This document shows positions 57,207 through 61,438 of a stretch of DNA of 61,438 nucleotides, piece after piece. The DNA comes from a virus (lineage: Duplodnaviria > Caudoviricetes). The notes beneath the pieces were generated by a model. That model searched no databases, had not been told where the DNA came from, and saw only the letters and a program-made list of their open reading frames with translations. Position numbers and translations under genes: made by a program. Every line of letters begins with the position of its first letter. The first letter of the stretch is position 1. The stretch spans positions 1 through 61,438 of the IMG/VR virus record IMGVR_UViG_3300020595_001672, one strand, 5' to 3'.

Positions 57207-57371
57207 TTATCTTCTAGTTTTACGCCTTCCGTAACCTAGTCTTTTCATGATGACTAATCTTTCGTCATCAGTATACGTTTTCCATCGAGCAATCTCCTCT
57301 CTAGATCGCTCGCAGCCTACGCAAACACCCTCTATAATGTTACATAAGCCAACACACGGAGTAACGTACAC
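57207..57371 (-). CDS. DUF1289-like small Cys-rich protein (absent from the ORF track)
   Basis: Translated by hand from GTG: MYVTPCVGLCNIIEGVCVGCERSREEIARW...; 54 aa. Confidence 0.8.
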   Translation of the reverse strand: MYVTPCVGLCNIIEGVCVGCERSREEIARWKTYTDDERLVIMKRLGYGRRKTRR

Positions 57372-57373
57372 AG

Positions 57374-57724
57374 TTATTCTACATTAACGTAATAATTTTC
57401 ATATGCTGCTATTATAGCCTGCTGCTGCTGTATTATCTGTCTTGCGTTTTGATAGTTAATTGATATGTTAGCATAACCTTCGTCTGATAACGAGAAAAAT
57501 ACAACAGGTTCACCAGACTTTTCAAGTTCGGCAAATAATTGTTCATAGTTTTCTTCAGTGAGTAGCACCCATGACACTTCTTTTTGATCTACTGTGTCAA
57601 TATCAGGCAGTGTTAGTTTTAGACGCTCAGTTGGCGCACTAGTTACTTGTATTGGAGTAACTAAGTTACCTCCGCAACTAGTAAGTGCCAGTAATGCTAG
57701 AGAAGCTAAAATTACTTTAATCAT
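57374..57724 (-). CDS. Outer-membrane spanin (lipoprotein)
   Basis: Signal peptide with LTSC lipobox; follows the i-spanin. Confidence 0.7.
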   Translation of the reverse strand: MIKVILASLALLALTSCGGNLVTPIQVTSAPTERLKLTLPDIDTVDQKEVSWVLLTEENYEQLFAELEKSGEPVVFFSLSDEGYANISINYQNARQIIQQQQAIIAAYENYYVNVE

Positions 57725-58202
57725 TTACTTTCTCCTCTTCTTCTGTTACTGGCGGCTGCCATAACCACGGACACTCGCTGTTAAATGAGTTGCCGCTTTC
57801 AGCAGCTAGCTCATCTTCTGTAAGGTCATCGCCGCTAAGAATTTCAATACATCTGTTGGCTTTTACAGTAGCACGATTAATAATACGTTCTACTAACACC
57901 GGCTTTGCTTCGCCTAGTAACCCTAAGTCGTGTCGTTCTAGTTTGCCTATTAGGTTTTGATTTTGTTTGCGTATTGCTGCGAACTCGTCGTTTACTTTTT
58001 GTAGCTCCTCAGTCGCAAGTTTAAAATCTCTTTGTAATACTTTAATTGTTTCTTCGTTAGTCGCTACTGCTTGCTGAAGCTTTGCTTCGTTTGCCCTTGA
58101 TATATCTAGCTGGGTCTGTAAGTGATTTACATACCAAAATATTCCAAGTGCTAATGGTATTAGAGCTGCTACTATAATTAGCATTAGCTTTGCTCTTAAC
58201 AT
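57717..58202 (-). CDS. Inner-membrane spanin
   Basis: N-terminal TM helix, long coiled coil, C-terminal Cys residues. Confidence 0.7.
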   Translation of the reverse strand: MLRAKLMLIIVAALIPLALGIFWYVNHLQTQLDISRANEAKLQQAVATNEETIKVLQRDFKLATEELQKVNDEFAAIRKQNQNLIGKLERHDLGLLGEAKPVLVERIINRATVKANRCIEILSGDDLTEDELAAESGNSFNSECPWLWQPPVTEEEEKVND

Positions 58203-58203
58203 T

Positions 58204-58917
58204 TTACAACCTTTCTGCTACTAAACAGTAGCCGTTATTTTCAATAATAAGTTTGTTACCGTATTTGGTAATATCATAGTCACCTAGATATTTTACCATA
58301 AAGATTATTTCACCAAAGTCGTTAAAGTTATACGATTCTGTAAGATTAGCATGTACTTCATTATGAGTAGCAAAGTCAATTACATTAAATTGGATCGGAT
58401 CGGAATATACCTTTTTAAGTGTTAGAATATTTTCATCGATCTTAATACTATCAAGAAAGCTCTTTTTAAAGAAATTATCTATGTTGTGATTTTCAGCTAC
58501 TTTTAAATCTACACCGTAGCGATCAGGGTCAGTAATAACTTGCTTGGTTAGATTTTCTTCTGTAGCCGGCACACTTTTAAAGTTTTTGTAGTATCTAAAC
58601 TTGTAGTCGTTACAGTCTGTAAGTTTTTCAACGCCGGATAGTATTTCTAAAATATGATTAATAGCCGACTTGTCTCTAGCTATTTCAGAAAACACTCTAA
58701 AGTGGCCATCGTCTTGTTCGCCGCTTGATACTGCGCTATCTAGAATAAAGTGATAGCCTGCTTCTAGAAATTTTACTAGATCTTTAGCAGGCGGTTCGGA
58801 GCTAACATCAAACGAAATAGTAACAATGTTTTTGTCTTCGCCCATCTTACTAGAGTACGTATCAATGTCAAACGTCTTTTTTACAAGATCCTTAAGATCA
58901 CCTTGACTTAACCCCAT
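58204..58917 (-). CDS. Hypothetical protein
   Basis: ORF in late operon. Confidence 0.7.
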   Translation of the reverse strand: MGLSQGDLKDLVKKTFDIDTYSSKMGEDKNIVTISFDVSSEPPAKDLVKFLEAGYHFILDSAVSSGEQDDGHFRVFSEIARDKSAINHILEILSGVEKLTDCNDYKFRYYKNFKSVPATEENLTKQVITDPDRYGVDLKVAENHNIDNFFKKSFLDSIKIDENILTLKKVYSDPIQFNVIDFATHNEVHANLTESYNFNDFGEIIFMVKYLGDYDITKYGNKLIIENNGYCLVAERL

Positions 58918-58918
58918 T

Positions 58919-59458
58919 TTATACTCCGCCCATTGCTAGTGGATCAGCGCCGCCGAGGCCTGCCATATCGTCAGTAGCAATATCTTCAACTGGCGGCTGC
59001 TGTCCTGCGTCCATTTGTTCAACTTCGTCTTTGTTAAAAATGTCTTGACCACCGTAAACACTCTTCATCAAAGACTTAGGCATCTTAATACCTACAATAT
59101 AAATCTTCTCTCTAAGAAGCTTGCCTTTTTTAGTACCAGGGCGAACATCATCTGTGTGCTTGATCTTCTTAGGAGTCACAAAGTAACTTGTGCCTGTTTT
59201 AACTAACACTTTATTACTGCGCAGGCGCTTGATAGCTGCCTCGTCTGGTCTTTTCTTATCGGGCCACATAAAGTAACAAGTTACCCAATACTTACTAGCC
59301 ATCGGCCCTTGTAGAAGCTCGCCGTTGTCCCAGTTATCGTAAACGTAAATATCAAAGTATTCGTCAAGCACTCTCTCAAAATCTTTGAGAATTTGAAGAG
59401 CTGTTGTACTGTTATACACTCTGTCAATATTATTTAAAAGTCGTTCAACATCATACAT
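58919..59458 (-). CDS. Hypothetical protein
   Basis: GAGG ribosome site; late promoter 59478-59485. Confidence 0.7.
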   Translation of the reverse strand: MYDVERLLNNIDRVYNSTTALQILKDFERVLDEYFDIYVYDNWDNGELLQGPMASKYWVTCYFMWPDKKRPDEAAIKRLRSNKVLVKTGTSYFVTPKKIKHTDDVRPGTKKGKLLREKIYIVGIKMPKSLMKSVYGGQDIFNKDEVEQMDAGQQPPVEDIATDDMAGLGGADPLAMGGV

Positions 59459-59477
59459 AGTTTTTATCCTCTAATAG

Positions 59478-59527
59478 TATTTATCAAGCAATAGCTGTAT
59501 ATTTCTCTTTATCGACTGATATAAATA
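59478..59527. promoter_or_regulatory. Back-to-back late promoters
   Basis: GATAAATA on - (59478-59485); TATAAATA on + (59520-59527). Confidence 0.7.
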
Positions 59528-59580
59528 TTTTTGCGGGAGAGTATAGGTGCTCTGTTGCACCGCTAACAAGGAGACCTTTA

Positions 59581-60261
59581 ATGGGTATGAAGCGTAAAGC
59601 TAAAGCAGGACCAAACTACCAAAATCATAACAGTATCCAGTTGAAACCGAGAAATCAAAAACAACATGAATACATAATACAACTAACAGACTTTAAAAAA
59701 CACATTGTATTCGGAATAGGACCAGCAGGAACAGGCAAGACGCTATTAGCTGTAAAAGCAGCAATTAAATCATTTAAAGAAAAAGAAGTAGATAAAATTG
59801 TTATCACAAGACCAGTAGTAAACGTAGATGAGGACTTAGGTTTTCTACCTGGCACACTAGAAGAAAAAATGGCACCGTGGACACGTCCGATATTTGACGT
59901 GTTTAAAGAGCATTTTTCTAACAAAGAAATTCATTCTATGATGAGTGAATCAGTTATTGAAATTTCACCACTAGCTTACATGCGTGGTAGAACTTTCAAA
60001 GACAGTTACATTATTGCTGACGAAATGCAGAACGCTACATCTAATCAAATGAAGATGTTGCTAACACGTATTGGCGATGACAGTAAGATGGTTGTAACTG
60101 GTGACTTAGCACAGACAGACCGTGCTCAAGACAACGGCTTAATGGATTTCTTAGGTAAATTAAATAGTAAACACAGTAACTATATTGAAACAGTTATGTT
60201 TGATCATTATGATATCGAACGTCACCCTGTGGTTGCTGATGTACTAAGGATTTACGACTAA
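59581..60261 (+). CDS. phoH: PhoH-family ATPase
   Basis: GPAGTGKT, ITRP, LGFLPG, YMRGRT, DEMQN, LTRIG, GDLAQ.D, RHPVV. Confidence 0.95.
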   Translation: MGMKRKAKAGPNYQNHNSIQLKPRNQKQHEYIIQLTDFKKHIVFGIGPAGTGKTLLAVKAAIKSFKEKEVDKIVITRPVVNVDEDLGFLPGTLEEKMAPWTRPIFDVFKEHFSNKEIHSMMSESVIEISPLAYMRGRTFKDSYIIADEMQNATSNQMKMLLTRIGDDSKMVVTGDLAQTDRAQDNGLMDFLGKLNSKHSNYIETVMFDHYDIERHPVVADVLRIYD

Positions 60262-60473
60262 GCACGCACTAGTACATACTTTAAGAATTCATTATAAGTA
60301 TATACAGTGCCTATAGATTCTATAGTATCGGAATTTCCCCTTACTATTTCTATAGTTTTCAAGTAGTAAGGGGAAAGCCAAATCGCTTTCCCCGTTGCTG
60401 ACTTAGTGGGCCACCAAGCAAACTTCCGCCGCCATTTAGTTTTTCGTTGGGTGTCCCAACCTACAAACGGCAT
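60258..60473 (-). CDS. Hypothetical protein
   Basis: Follows thyA; WRRKFAWWP. Confidence 0.55.
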   Translation of the reverse strand: MPFVGWDTQRKTKWRRKFAWWPTKSATGKAIWLSPYYLKTIEIVRGNSDTIESIGTVYTYNEFLKYVLVRA

Positions 60474-61328
60474 CTATACAGCCATCTCTGCTTTGATGCT
60501 AGGCATAGGGTTGTAATTTTCTAGCATATAGTCAGTTGGCTTTGTTGTTAGCAGTGTTTCTAAACTATTGAACTTCGGCATTGTTAGTTCTGGCAACAAG
60601 CTAGGTTCACGGGCTAGTTGCTCTGTAACTTGAGCAATATGATTATTATAGATATGGCAATCGCCACCGCTCCAAACAAAGTCTCCTACTTTTAGATTAC
60701 ATATCTGCGCAAGCATATGAGTAAGCAAACTGTAGCTAGCAATGTTAAATGGCACACCTAAAAACATATCAGCACTACGTTGATACAGCTGACAACTAAG
60801 CTTGCCGTTAATTACACTAAACTGTGCTAGTGTATGGCAAGGAGGCAGTGCCATTTTGTCAATTTTGGAAACATTCCACGCACTTAAAATATGCCTACGT
60901 GAATTAGGATTCGTTTGAAGGTCGCTTATTAGCTTTGTGATTTGATCAATCTTATCCCAGTTTCGCCATTGTACACCGTATACTGGTCCTAGCTGTTTCT
61001 CTGTATCTGTATTACGATATCCGAGCGCAACACCTTGGGCATCGGCGTTAGCAGTCCAAATAGTTGTTTTGCCTACTAGTTCTTCACGAGGTTGATCATA
61101 GTGAATTTCAGCTAGTCTGCGTTCGTTGCTGCTGCCTTCTAAGAACCAAAGTAGCTCACTTACTACGCTACGCCACGCTAGCTTTTTAGTTGTTACAGCA
61201 GGAAAGCCTTCTTGTAGATTGAAACGCATTTGATAACCGAACACTGCGGTTGTGCCTACGCCTGTGCGATCTTCAACAGATTCGCCGTTTTCTAGTATGT
61301 GTTTAAGTGCTTCTAAATATTGTTTCAT
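60474..61328 (-). CDS. thyA: Thymidylate synthase (T4 Td-like)
   Basis: [41 protein letters not shown]. Confidence 0.97.
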   Translation of the reverse strand: MKQYLEALKHILENGESVEDRTGVGTTAVFGYQMRFNLQEGFPAVTTKKLAWRSVVSELLWFLEGSSNERRLAEIHYDQPREELVGKTTIWTANADAQGVALGYRNTDTEKQLGPVYGVQWRNWDKIDQITKLISDLQTNPNSRRHILSAWNVSKIDKMALPPCHTLAQFSVINGKLSCQLYQRSADMFLGVPFNIASYSLLTHMLAQICNLKVGDFVWSGGDCHIYNNHIAQVTEQLAREPSLLPELTMPKFNSLETLLTTKPTDYMLENYNPMPSIKAEMAV

Positions 61329-61438
61329 TAATCTTCATTCTTTACTAAACTAAACCCGACATGGGTAAACCACATTCGTGAATGTTTCATAGCAAGATCA
61401 ATATCTTTTTCTGGATAACCGCTTTCACGAAGCATCTC
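61328..61438 (-). CDS. 3' end of a hypothetical gene (partial)
   Basis: ...[24 protein letters not shown]...NED*; stop overlaps the thyA ATG. Confidence 0.55.
   Translation of the reverse strand, partial: EMLRESGYPEKDIDLAMKHSRMWFTHVGFSLVKNED

Noticed and set aside
60474-61328. Pyrimidine hydroxymethylase instead of thymidylate synthase
   Set aside because: It keeps the full ThyA signature, including the dUMP-specifying Asn in GVPFN.
1-61438. Stop-codon reassignment, tRNA or rRNA genes
   Set aside because: Genes are full length in the standard code and end in TAA, TAG or TGA. Intergenic gaps are short and showed no cloverleaf by eye; tRNAscan-SE would confirm.

Overview
A 61-kb segment of a large, T4-like tailed dsDNA phage using the standard genetic code. 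Evidence: family B DNA polymerase, gp45-like clamp, RNase H, T4-type thymidylate synthase, PhoH, spanins, and (G/T)ATAAATA late promoters alongside sigma70-type promoters. Five blocks: (1) 1-14966, a + strand run of about 18 tailoring enzymes (4 radical SAM, 6 Fe(II)/2OG oxygenases, desaturase, sulfotransferase, 2 SGNH-like, QueC-like, GNAT-like), entered at its 5' end by a GIY-YIG homing endonuclease that appears to rebuild the start of its target gene; (2) 14947-22933, a fibre gene, a MoxR/VWA pair and RNase H; (3) 23102-35962, a 7-deazaguanine pathway (QueE, FolE, QueD-like, TGT/DpdA) mixed with two phosphoribosyltransferases, a glycosyltransferase and a cytidylyltransferase beside the clamp and polymerase, with a small pseudoknot-like folE leader; (4) 36627-44344, an array of modular late proteins with T4 capsid-targeting-like N-termini, candidate Glu cleavage sites, shuffled modules and an embedded acyl carrier protein; (5) 44415-61438, fibre/structural genes with DDS repeats, ClpA, DnaJ, lysis genes, PhoH and ThyA. 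No tRNA, rRNA or CRISPR array was seen. All calls come from reading motifs by eye; no database search was run.
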